From: Sphingomonas paucimobilis
Lineage (GTDB): Bacteria; Pseudomonadota; Alphaproteobacteria; Sphingomonadales; Sphingomonadaceae
Assembly: GCA_943369235.1 (NCBI GenBank)
Contig: CALRMO020000001.1
Span: forward strand, 8,211-72,210
Direction: 5' to 3'
Length of the DNA: 64,000 bases
Shown: one piece after another, positions 19,908 to 28,103 of the stretch
Layout of the letters: each line of letters starts with the position of its first letter
How positions within the stretch are numbered: position 1 is the first letter of the stretch
Notes under the pieces: model-generated
The model's database searches: none
The model's input: the letters and a program-made list of their open reading frames with translations, nothing else
What the model was told of the DNA's origin: nothing
Made by a program: the position numbers and the translations under genes

Positions 19908-21173
19908 ATGTCGAAAAAACGTAAAGGCACCTCGCGATTGTCCGCCTTGCTCGCGAAGCCGCCGCTCTTCTGGATAAAAACCGCGCTTATTTGCCTTGTG
20001 GGCGGCTATCTCGCGTGGTTGTCGTTCATTCATGCGGTGGCCAATGTGACGTGGCAGCAAAATCCTGACATGGCCTTGCGCTTCGTTCCCGATCACCCGC
20101 TCGCTTTATCGCGCAAGGCTGACGAGCTTTTTGCCGAGAAACAGGACCCTGCCACGCTTGCCAAAGTCGAGTCGATGGCAAAGGAATCGTTGCGCGGCGG
20201 CGCGCTCAACCCGGTTGCGATCCGCCTGCTGGGCTATGTAGCCGATGTTCGCGGCGATCGGACAAGGGCACGCGAATTGATGCTGCTATCCCAGAAAGTA
20301 TCACGCCGGGACTTCGGTACGCAATTGTGGCTGATCGAGGATGCCGTAGCGCGCAACGACAAGAAGCAGGCGCTTTTCCATTATGACATCGCCCTGCGGA
20401 CAACGCCAAGCAGCTTTCCTATCTTGCTGCCCACTCTGACCGGCGCGCTTGATGATCCGGAGGTTCGCGCCGGGCTCGTGCCGTATATTCGTGCGGCACC
20501 GCCATGGTTGCCCCCGTTTTTAAATGAGGCGATTAACACCTCAAATAATCCGGCGAATGTCGCCGAGGTACTGACAAAGGCCGGTGGCCTGCCGGATCGT
20601 GACAACTATTCCGGCATTTCGAACAACTTGCTGCAAAAGCTTGCGACCTCTTCGAAATTCCCGGCCTTCAGGCAATATTATCTTAGCCTTAAAGGCAGCA
20701 AGGCACTTACGCTGACGACGGCTTCGCTGAATAGCTTTACGGTCAATTTGCGCTATCCGGCGGCGGGGTGGCAGATCGCGGATAGCCCCGCAATCGGCGG
20801 CTCCTTCACCCAGGCCGATGATAAGGGCCAGTCGATGCTGACCGCTTATGCGGGATCGGGTGAGCGCGGAGAGCTGATGCGGAAATATCTGTTCCTGGCC
20901 CCAGGTAATTACCGCTTTGCCGCGCGTCATGAAGCGCAGGAAACAGCTCCGGATTCCGAGGTACGTTGGGATCTGCAGTGCCTTGCAGCGTCTGGCAACA
21001 CCGCCAGATGGTTTGTTGCGACCCCTGTTCGGCACGGTCGGTTCGATACCACACAGGATTTCAGCCTTGGACCAGACTGCGCCGTTCAGATGCTCATGCT
21101 CAACGTTGCCGGAGGCAGTGGCCAGCTCGGCGCCGAATTTACCGTACGCTCGGTCGATATCGTCCGCCGCTAA
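19908..21173 (+). CDS. Hypothetical membrane-anchored protein: TM anchor, TPR-like helices, beta-rich C-terminus (alternative GTG start 19890)
   Basis: Long ORF; TM segment TALICLVGGYLAWLSFI; Ala/Leu helical repeats; C-terminal LAPGNYRF...WDLQC...CAVQMLML suggests a carbohydrate-binding-like sandwich. Confidence 0.7.
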   Translation: MSKKRKGTSRLSALLAKPPLFWIKTALICLVGGYLAWLSFIHAVANVTWQQNPDMALRFVPDHPLALSRKADELFAEKQDPATLAKVESMAKESLRGGALNPVAIRLLGYVADVRGDRTRARELMLLSQKVSRRDFGTQLWLIEDAVARNDKKQALFHYDIALRTTPSSFPILLPTLTGALDDPEVRAGLVPYIRAAPPWLPPFLNEAINTSNNPANVAEVLTKAGGLPDRDNYSGISNNLLQKLATSSKFPAFRQYYLSLKGSKALTLTTASLNSFTVNLRYPAAGWQIADSPAIGGSFTQADDKGQSMLTAYAGSGERGELMRKYLFLAPGNYRFAARHEAQETAPDSEVRWDLQCLAASGNTARWFVATPVRHGRFDTTQDFSLGPDCAVQMLMLNVAGGSGQLGAEFTVRSVDIVRR

Positions 21174-21559
21174 CGCGGGCGATGTTCGGTGCCAAGACCG
21201 GCCGTGATAAACAGTGCCGTTGCTGGGCCTTTCAAATCGGCCGTGTGCCAGCAGCCCGGCGGGTTGATCGCATATTCGCCTTCACCGATCGTGACGGACG
21301 CGGTGCTGCCGTCGGCGTGCTCCTGATGCAGGGTCATCTGGCCTGACAGACACAGCACAACCTCATCGCCCAAGGGGTGCATTTCCCAGCTATCCCAGCT
21401 TTCGGAAAAGCGATGCATCGACACCAGCCGTCCTTCCGCACCGTCGGCGGCGGCGCGTGCGGCATAGCCTTCATACCACTCCATACCGGTAAAGGCAGGC
21501 TGCATAATGGCCGTCGCGCCAAGACCGAGATGGAGTGGATGTTCGAGCAGGCTGGACAT
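21170..21559 (-). CDS. Cupin domain protein
   Basis: WEMHPLGDEVVLCLSG and AINPPGCWHTA. Confidence 0.88.
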   Translation of the reverse strand: MSSLLEHPLHLGLGATAIMQPAFTGMEWYEGYAARAAADGAEGRLVSMHRFSESWDSWEMHPLGDEVVLCLSGQMTLHQEHADGSTASVTIGEGEYAINPPGCWHTADLKGPATALFITAGLGTEHRPR

Positions 21560-21609
21560 AGACTTATCATTTCCGGCCAAAGTTGGCACTAAGTTGGCAC
21601 CTTACTCGA

Positions 21610-21990
21610 CTAAGCCTCCGCTGGACCCATCACGAATGCATTCAGCTTGTTGCCATCGGGGTCGCGGAAATATCCAGCGTAAAAACCGTCGCCGCGCGGT
21701 CCCGGAGGACCTTCGCAAGTACCGCCATTGGCAAGCGCAATGTCGTAGAGCCGGTGGACCTGATCCTTGTCTTTGGCCTCAAACGCAACCATCACGCCAT
21801 TGCCGACCGTAGCCGCCCCGCCGTCATGCGGTTTTGTCGCTGCAATTCCAGCGGCGCCACCGGGTTTTCCCCAAGCGATGAACGTTTCGAAATCCATCAT
21901 CCGCGGCGTTTCCATTTCAGCGGCGATCGCGTCATAGAAAACCGCCGCTTTTGCAAGGTCATTGGTTCCGACTGTTACATATCCAATCAT
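21610..21990 (-). CDS. VOC/glyoxalase family protein (possible MmcA-like)
   Basis: MIGYVTVGTNDLAKAAVFYD, GNGVMVAF, FYAGYFRDPDGNKLNAF. Confidence 0.92.
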   Translation of the reverse strand: MIGYVTVGTNDLAKAAVFYDAIAAEMETPRMMDFETFIAWGKPGGAAGIAATKPHDGGAATVGNGVMVAFEAKDKDQVHRLYDIALANGGTCEGPPGPRGDGFYAGYFRDPDGNKLNAFVMGPAEA

Positions 21991-22013
21991 CGAATCTCTC
22001 CCTCATTGAAAAA

Positions 22014-22044
22014 GAACAATACAAGAACAAATTGAACAAGTCAA
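22014..22044 (-). promoter_or_regulatory. Sigma70 promoter with overlapping alphaproteobacterial LexA box
   Basis: Minus strand TTGACT-N17-TATTGT; GTTC-N7-GTTC at 22014-22028 covers the -10. Confidence 0.75.
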
Positions 22045-22922
22045 TCCAGTGCGGGTGCCACCTTGTTCTGCGTATTGGTATCGAAATCCGACGCATCGTG
22101 CCGCTCGTGCAACTGGCTGGCCGGGTCGCCCATCACGCGATTGACCATTCTTCCGCGTTTCACCGCCGGTCGCTCGGCAAGCTGGTCGGTCCAGCGAATG
22201 ACGTTCTTATAATCTCCTACCTGCAGAAACTCGCCCGCTTCGTAAACCAGTCCTTTGACGAGCGCGCCATACCAGGGCCAGATCGCCATGTCGGCAATCG
22301 TATATACGTCACCCGCCATATATTCGCGAGTCGCGAGGTTGCGGTCAAGGACGTCGAGCTGCCGCTTCACCTCCATCGCATAGCGGTCGATGGCATATTC
22401 GATCTTGAACGGCGCGTAGGCATAAAAATGCCCAAAACCCCCGCCTAGCATCGGTGCGCTACCCATTTGCCAGAACAGCCAGTTCAGAGTCTCGGTGCGC
22501 GCATGATGCTCGGTCGGCAGGAACGCGCCGAATTTTTCGGCGAGATACAAAAGGATCGATCCAGACTCGAACACGCGAGTCGGCTCCGGCGTCGAGTGAT
22601 CGAAAAGCGCAGGGATTTTCGAATTGGGATTGGCCTCGACAAAGCCGCTCGAAAACTGGTCGCCTTCGTTGATCTTGATCAGCCAGGCGTCATATTCGGC
22701 GCCGCTGTGCCCTAGTGCGAGCAGTTCTTCGAGCATCACCGTTACCTTCACGCCATTGGGCGTCGCGAGGGAGTAAAGCTGAATCGGATGCTTGCCGACC
22801 GGGCGTTCCTTGTCGTACGTTGCGCCAGCGGTTGGCCGATTGATATTGGCAAAGCGGCCGCCATTGTCCTTGTTCCATTCCCAGACCTTGGCTGGCGTGT
22901 AATCGGATAATGTCTGGGTCAT
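22041..22922 (-). CDS. yghU: Glutathione-dependent disulfide-bond oxidoreductase (YghU-class GST)
   Basis: FANINRPTAGA, QLYSLATPNGVKV, NPNSKIPAL, FESGSILLYLAEKFG. Confidence 0.93.
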   Translation of the reverse strand: MTQTLSDYTPAKVWEWNKDNGGRFANINRPTAGATYDKERPVGKHPIQLYSLATPNGVKVTVMLEELLALGHSGAEYDAWLIKINEGDQFSSGFVEANPNSKIPALFDHSTPEPTRVFESGSILLYLAEKFGAFLPTEHHARTETLNWLFWQMGSAPMLGGGFGHFYAYAPFKIEYAIDRYAMEVKRQLDVLDRNLATREYMAGDVYTIADMAIWPWYGALVKGLVYEAGEFLQVGDYKNVIRWTDQLAERPAVKRGRMVNRVMGDPASQLHERHDASDFDTNTQNKVAPALD

Positions 22923-23009
22923 GGGGGAACTCCTGAAGGCGATTGAATCTGACCCGAACAGTGCTGCTCGGTAGGTTCCGCGTCAAGCACCGCTTGTAAC
23001 AAAACAAAA

Positions 23010-23121
23010 TGTCATTCCCGCGAAAGCGGGAATCCATGGCGTGACATTTCAAAGGCTCACCGCATAGTTGGTCAAGACGGGATAAGGCAGACCATGGATC
23101 CCCGCATTCGCGAGGATGACA
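23010..23121. repeat. REPIN-like doublet of TGTC-tagged REPs (112 bp)
   Basis: Arms 23010-23039 and 23092-23121, 26/30 inverted identity, 52 bp spacer. Confidence 0.9.
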
Positions 23122-23209
23122 AAGCGGGTATTAACGGGAACGCAGATTTGAATTGACGTTTACGTAAAGCACCGCTTTAATCGCATGGTTAAATCAAGGG
23201 AGAGCCAAT

Positions 23210-23890
23210 ATGTCCGCCACTGTCGAAATCACCAACGACGTCGCCCTGATCCGCATGGACGATGGCAAGGCCAATGCGATCAACTTCGAGATGATAACTG
23301 CGCTGAACGTAGGGCTGGACACAGCGGAGGCCGAGGCAAAGGCGATTGTGCTGGCGGGACGCGATGGCCGCTTTTCTGGGGGGTTCGACCTCAACGCCTT
23401 TGCCAGCCTTGGCGCGGACGGGGTGTATAAATTGCTCGATGCAGGCGCCGAATTGTTGGTGCGGCTGTATGGCGGGCCGCTCCCCGTGGTCGCCGCGTGC
23501 ACCGGCCATGCAATTGCGATGGGCGTGTTCATCCTGAACGCCTGCGACACCCGTGTTGGCGCGAGCGGAGAGTATAAGATCGGCGCGAACGAGGCGATTA
23601 CCGGCATGAACCTGCCCATTTTCGCCATGGAACTCGCCCGCGACCGGCTAAGCCCCCAGCACCTGACCCGCGCGATGGTGCACGGATTTATATACAACCC
23701 CGAAGGCGCGGTCGAGGCAGGCTATCTCGACATGCTGGCCGAGGCGGACAAGGTCGAGGCGAAGGCGCTGGCCCTCGCGGGCCAGTTGGCGCAGCTTCCG
23801 GGCAAGGCCTATGCGTGGAACAAAAAATCGATTCGCAAGGGGACACTCGACCGGATCAGGGCGAGTTTGGGGGCGCATCATAAGGTTTGA
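23210..23890 (+). CDS. Enoyl-CoA hydratase/isomerase (crotonase) family
   Basis: MDDGKANAI, FSGGFDL, ACTGHAIAMG, IGANE; upstream TTGACG-N17-TTTAAT promoter. Confidence 0.92.
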   Translation: MSATVEITNDVALIRMDDGKANAINFEMITALNVGLDTAEAEAKAIVLAGRDGRFSGGFDLNAFASLGADGVYKLLDAGAELLVRLYGGPLPVVAACTGHAIAMGVFILNACDTRVGASGEYKIGANEAITGMNLPIFAMELARDRLSPQHLTRAMVHGFIYNPEGAVEAGYLDMLAEADKVEAKALALAGQLAQLPGKAYAWNKKSIRKGTLDRIRASLGAHHKV

Positions 23891-23896
23891 GGTGAA

Positions 23897-23925
23897 TTGA
23901 CATTTCTAGTGGTTACCACTATAAG
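23897..23925 (+). promoter_or_regulatory. Sigma70 promoter with palindromic operator for the phd-PIN operon
   Basis: TTGACA-N17-TATAAG; palindrome TAGTGGT-T-ACCACTA at 23907-23921; ATG 7 nt after the -10. Confidence 0.8.
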
Positions 23926-23931
23926 TTGGTC

Positions 23932-24183
23932 ATGGACAAATATGTATCCGCAACCGAAGCAAACCAGCGCTTTTCAGAAATTCTTCGCGATGTCGCCGAT
24001 GGCGAAAGCTTTGCCGTGACTTCACGTGGCAGGGTAGTGGCCGAGATTACCCCTCCCAAAAAACGGGAAAAGAAAAGATCGACCGAAGAATTTCTTGCTG
24101 AACTTGAAAGTCGGCCAGTCATTCACGGTAAACCTTGGAAGCGTGAGGACCTGTATGACCGGTCTGACAGGGACATTCCTTGA
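23932..24183 (+). CDS. Phd/YefM family antitoxin
   Basis: YVSATEANQRFSEILRDVADGESFAVTSRGRVVAEITP. Confidence 0.9.
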   Translation: MDKYVSATEANQRFSEILRDVADGESFAVTSRGRVVAEITPPKKREKKRSTEEFLAELESRPVIHGKPWKREDLYDRSDRDIP

Positions 24184-24647
24184 CCCGTCAGCGGGTCGCC
24201 TACGACACAAACATATTGGTCTATATTCAAGGCGTTGAAAATCATTCGGACGATTTTGCTAAGATTGAAGCTGCGAGGTCACTGCATCACAAGCTTGCCG
24301 CAAACTGCATTTGCGTGGCCCCGCAACAAGCTCTGGGCGAGTTATATTCTGTTTTGGTGAGAGACACGCGCGACCGCGAGTTCGCGCGCGAACAGCTTTT
24401 GCGTTGTTTTGACGAGTTCGACGTAGCCCCCGCCGACAGCGGAGCGTTTGCCGACGCCATCGATCTTGCCACCGAGCATAAGCTGCAACTTTGGGATGCG
24501 CTGATTCTGGCAACCGCAGCTTCCGGGGGCTGTAGCCTGCTGTTGTCGGAGGATATGCAGGACGGCTTTGCATGGCGCGGGGTGACGGTGGTCAATCCCT
24601 TTGCGGAGAAGATGCACAAAAGGCTGGCACGGGTTCTGGACGCGTGA
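24180..24647 (+). CDS. PIN domain toxin (VapC-like)
   Basis: DTNILVY, QALGEL, LQLWDALILATA, LLLSEDMQDG; 4 bp overlap with the antitoxin. Confidence 0.92.
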   Translation: MTRQRVAYDTNILVYIQGVENHSDDFAKIEAARSLHHKLAANCICVAPQQALGELYSVLVRDTRDREFAREQLLRCFDEFDVAPADSGAFADAIDLATEHKLQLWDALILATAASGGCSLLLSEDMQDGFAWRGVTVVNPFAEKMHKRLARVLDA

Positions 24648-24670
24648 ATTTGTCGCCCACCCTAATTTCC

Positions 24671-24949
24671 TCAAGGATATTGCTGGCGTGAGTGTAGCAC
24701 ACTGACAATCTCGAGTTCATCCGTGCCGACACGGTAAATCAGGATGTAGTTGGGATGTACCACCGCTTCACGGGTGGCATCAACCCTGCCATTCCGATAC
24801 AGAAATGGATGTTCGGGCAAGCGCTCGGCGCAGTTCTCGATCGCATCCTGCAGCCGGTCTGCCGCCAACGGATTGCGTTCGGCGATATAATCGATGATCG
24901 TTGTCAGGTCAGCAAGAGCACTAGCGCGCCAAACGAGCTTCAACGGCAC
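24671..24949 (-). CDS. parE: RelE/ParE family toxin (ParE2-like)
   Basis: LVWRASALADL, YRNGRVDATREAVVHPNYILIYRV, VSVLHSRQQYP. Confidence 0.9.
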   Translation of the reverse strand: MPLKLVWRASALADLTTIIDYIAERNPLAADRLQDAIENCAERLPEHPFLYRNGRVDATREAVVHPNYILIYRVGTDELEIVSVLHSRQQYP

Positions 24950-25115
24950 GCTTGTCTTCGATTATCTTGCGCACCTGCGCCATCGCCTCGTCATGCGCAA
25001 TGGTCGGTTGGCCATCGGCCAGCGACGCCGCAACCTTGGCACGCAGCCAGGCCTCATAAGCCTCGGCCTGTTCGAGCGTTTCGAACTCGGAAACGATGGG
25101 GGAGAGTGCATTCAT
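24921..25115 (-). CDS. PaaA2-like antitoxin
   Basis: ALSPIVSEFET...WLRAKVAASLAD...IAHDE matches the PaaA2 pattern; upstream TTGCAA-N16-TATCTT-N6-ATG. Confidence 0.88.
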   Translation of the reverse strand: MNALSPIVSEFETLEQAEAYEAWLRAKVAASLADGQPTIAHDEAMAQVRKIIEDKRAVEARLAR

Positions 25116-25177
25116 GGTTGGAAGATAGCGCAAAAGCGGTAAATTGCAAGATGGGGTGGGGCGATTAGGATCCGGCA

Positions 25178-25247
25178 TTCTTTGTGTCTTTGGCTGAGAT
25201 TATGTTTTTAGCCTGCGCTTTTTGGTTCGCACAAAGACACGATGAAG
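25178..25247. repeat. Two back-to-back arms of the octamer inverted-repeat family
   Basis: 25178-25202 reverse complement TAATCTC-AGCCAAAG-ACACAAAG; 25226-25247 TTC-GCACAAAG-ACACGATG. Confidence 0.7.
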
Positions 25248-25327
25248 GAAGGGATTTAATTTGTATAGTGTCCCCGGAATTGTCGCGTGACGGCGGGGGT
25301 GATTACGGCGGAGGTTAGGTTGGCGGC

Positions 25328-26233
25328 TTAGGTCCGAATCGTCTCTTTGGCGTCGGTGCGAGAAAAGACGACTTTTTTGTCGGTTTCATAATCTAACGAA
25401 TATGGTCCCCACGTCATTTCGGAGACCACATCTTCCCTATCGCAAATGAGATGATTGATAGTGGGAAAAAAGGCAAACTGGCCGACTCGCTGTCGGTTAA
25501 ATCCGGCCGCTGCGCTATCATCGATCTCCATGTTTATGAAACCGCTGCCGATATCGCCCATCACAAGGGTGACTAGCGCATGAGGCGTAATTGGTAATAC
25601 ATTCATATAAGGTATCATTCCAGGCAGCGGCAAATAAAGCCCTGGGTGATCCGGAACTCGAATATTGAAAACAGGATTTGTGGATGTTTTGAGACGAACG
25701 GATGTCCGGAACACTGAGATATTGGCGCGATGATAGTTTTCGACTGTCCAACCTAGCGATGATGCTTGGTTCTCGAAAACTTCCTCAGCAACGAACGAGT
25801 CATCTCTCAAGCTTGCAAAAAACGCACGCTCGCTATCGGCCATCGTAAAGCCCGGATTGCTTGAGAGCTGCGACAATTCCTCCATCGTTTTGCGCCAATG
25901 GGGCGTTCTGGCCTCAAGATGCCGAACTATCGCGTACAGCATGGGTTTATCTGAGGCATCAAGCAGGTGAGCATCTCCCGCACAGATTTTCTGCCAAGTT
26001 TGGGTTTTCGCCAGAGGCGATTCAATGGTGCGATCAATCTTGCTTTCAAAGGACACTAGCTCGCTACCAACTTGCCTTGTGTAGAGATCTTTAGCCGATC
26101 CTATTGAGCGGATTGAGCAGATTTGCCAAATCGCTTTCGACCCTTGCTTTTTGACCGCCGTTACCTTTTTCTTGTCAGCATCGATCGCAAAGTTACGCAA
26201 ATAGAACTGAGGCGCGTAATGATCATTCGCCAT
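25328..26233 (-). CDS. DUF4238 domain protein, low GC, candidate anti-phage gene
   Basis: N-terminal HYAPQFYLRNF signature; two 60-nt lines counted at 45% and 48% GC versus 65% in a pepP line. Confidence 0.75.
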   Translation of the reverse strand: MANDHYAPQFYLRNFAIDADKKKVTAVKKQGSKAIWQICSIRSIGSAKDLYTRQVGSELVSFESKIDRTIESPLAKTQTWQKICAGDAHLLDASDKPMLYAIVRHLEARTPHWRKTMEELSQLSSNPGFTMADSERAFFASLRDDSFVAEEVFENQASSLGWTVENYHRANISVFRTSVRLKTSTNPVFNIRVPDHPGLYLPLPGMIPYMNVLPITPHALVTLVMGDIGSGFINMEIDDSAAAGFNRQRVGQFAFFPTINHLICDREDVVSEMTWGPYSLDYETDKKVVFSRTDAKETIRT

Positions 26234-28049
26234 CTAGCCTATCCGTTTTTCCTAGACCTACACACGCCTCCGTCACCCACGCCAGCGCCTCGCCATCCAA
26301 CTGCGGCCCGACGACCTCCAGTACCTTGGCGTGATACGCATCCCACCAGCGCAATTCGTCGCGGCCTAGCAGGCTCGTATCCACCAGCGTCTTGTCAATC
26401 GGTGCGAAGGTAAGCGTTTCAAACCCAAAATAACGCCCTTCCGCGCCTGCAATCTCGCGCTCTTCGACCAGCACCAGATTTTCGATGCGAATGCCGTACT
26501 CGCCTTGCTTGTAATAGCCGGGCTCGTTCGACAGGATCATGCCGGCGTGCAGCGGTTCGTCCGCGCCTGCCTGACCGCCGCTAAACTTAGCGATGCGTTG
26601 CGGGCCTTCGTGAACGGCGAGGAAGCTGCCGACGCCGTGGCCGGTGCCGTGGGCGTAATCGACGCCAGCTTGCCAGAGTGACGCGCGCGCCAGCGTGTCG
26701 AGTTGAGCGCCGCGCGTCCCCTCGGGGAAGACCGCCATTGCCAGCGCGATATGGCCCTTGAGTACGCGGGTGAAGCGGTCTTTCATCTCCGCCGTCGGCT
26801 CACCCGGACCGACCCAGATCGTGCGGGTGACGTCGGTGGTGCCATCGAGATATTGCCCGCCGCTGTCGCACAGGTAGACGCTGTTCGGCTCGATCCGCCG
26901 GTTCGATTTTTCATCGACCTTGTAATGAGGGGACGCACCGTTTGGTCCAGCGGCGGAGATCGTGTCAAAGCTAAGGTCTTTGAGCATCCCGGTGGCTTCG
27001 CGATACTCGCGCAGCTTCGCGGCGGCGGAGAGTTCGGTCAGCTCGCCCTTGTGCGCTTCCTGGCTCAGCCAGTGCAGGTAACGGCTGAGTGCTGCGCCGT
27101 CGCGGGCTTGCGCGGCGCGGTGGCCCGATTGCTCGATGGGGTTCTTGACCGCCTTGGGCAATATAGTCGGGTCGCGGGCTTCGATGATGGTCGCGCCAGC
27201 ATCCTTCAACGCGCCGAAGATTGCCGACACCGCACGGTCGGGGTCGACTGCGATCCGCTTGCCGCTCATTGCTTTCAGCTCGGGCACAAACTCCAGCGGG
27301 GTACGCAGGCGGACGGCGTTGCCCAAATGCGCGCGTACTTCGTCGCTGACCTTTTCAGGTGCGACGAACAGGTCGGCGGTGCCATCGGCGTGGGCGAGCA
27401 CGAAGCTGAGCGCGACGGGCGTATTCGACACGTCGGACCCACGCACGTTGAGCAACCACGCCACTGAATCGAGCGCCGAAATCACCGTGCTGTCGAGCTT
27501 GTTCGCGGTCAACCATTCGGCAACCGCGGCGCGTTTTTCGGCGCTGTTCTGTCCGGCATAGCGGTCGCTATGAACCATCAGCATCGCGTCGCTCTTGTCG
27601 GGCCGGTCGGCCCAGACCGCGTCGATGGGGTTGCTCTTGACTGCGACCAGTTCGGCACCCTTGGCCGCGAGCGCCTTGGTTGCGCTTTCGACCCAGCCCT
27701 TGGTATGGACCCACGCGTCATAACCGATGCGCGCGCCTTCGGGGGCGTGTTCCTTCAGCCAGTCGGAAATGCTTGTCTGCGGCACGCCGACATATTGCCA
27801 GTTTTTGGCCGAGACCTGCTCGCGCACCTGAAGCGTGTAACGCCCGTCGGTGAAGATCGCGGCTTCCTCGCTCAAAACAACCGCGCTCCCTGCCGAACCG
27901 CCAAAGCCCGTCAGCCAGCCAAGCCGCTGCGCATAATCGCCGACATATTCGGACATATGCTCGTCGCAAATCGGCACGACGAAACCGTCGAGCTGGTCTT
28001 TTTTCAGTTGCGCGCGGAGGGCGTTCAGGCGGGCTTCATAGGTGGACAT
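26223..28049 (-). CDS. Xaa-Pro aminopeptidase (M24B, aminopeptidase P family)
   Basis: DEHMSEY, GFGGSAG, TDGRY, DSGGQYLDGTTDVTRT, HGTGHGVG, HEGPQ, SNEPGYY; real start MSTYEARL. Confidence 0.96.
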   Translation of the reverse strand: MSTYEARLNALRAQLKKDQLDGFVVPICDEHMSEYVGDYAQRLGWLTGFGGSAGSAVVLSEEAAIFTDGRYTLQVREQVSAKNWQYVGVPQTSISDWLKEHAPEGARIGYDAWVHTKGWVESATKALAAKGAELVAVKSNPIDAVWADRPDKSDAMLMVHSDRYAGQNSAEKRAAVAEWLTANKLDSTVISALDSVAWLLNVRGSDVSNTPVALSFVLAHADGTADLFVAPEKVSDEVRAHLGNAVRLRTPLEFVPELKAMSGKRIAVDPDRAVSAIFGALKDAGATIIEARDPTILPKAVKNPIEQSGHRAAQARDGAALSRYLHWLSQEAHKGELTELSAAAKLREYREATGMLKDLSFDTISAAGPNGASPHYKVDEKSNRRIEPNSVYLCDSGGQYLDGTTDVTRTIWVGPGEPTAEMKDRFTRVLKGHIALAMAVFPEGTRGAQLDTLARASLWQAGVDYAHGTGHGVGSFLAVHEGPQRIAKFSGGQAGADEPLHAGMILSNEPGYYKQGEYGIRIENLVLVEEREIAGAEGRYFGFETLTFAPIDKTLVDTSLLGRDELRWWDAYHAKVLEVVGPQLDGEALAWVTEACVGLGKTDRLDGE

Positions 28050-28103
28050 GTGACACTTCCGTTCATATGGTTGCGCCGACCATATAAGCGAGGAAGGCCT
28101 TTC

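Noticed and set aside
19778-21200. Prophage or integrative element at tRNA-Ser
   Set aside because: No integrase, no duplicated tRNA 3' end found downstream, and no phage or conjugation genes.
23010-23121. Possible mini CRISPR array (repeat-spacer-repeat), also at 42334-42444
   Set aside because: The units are inverted rather than direct repeats, there are only two per site, and no cas genes are present.
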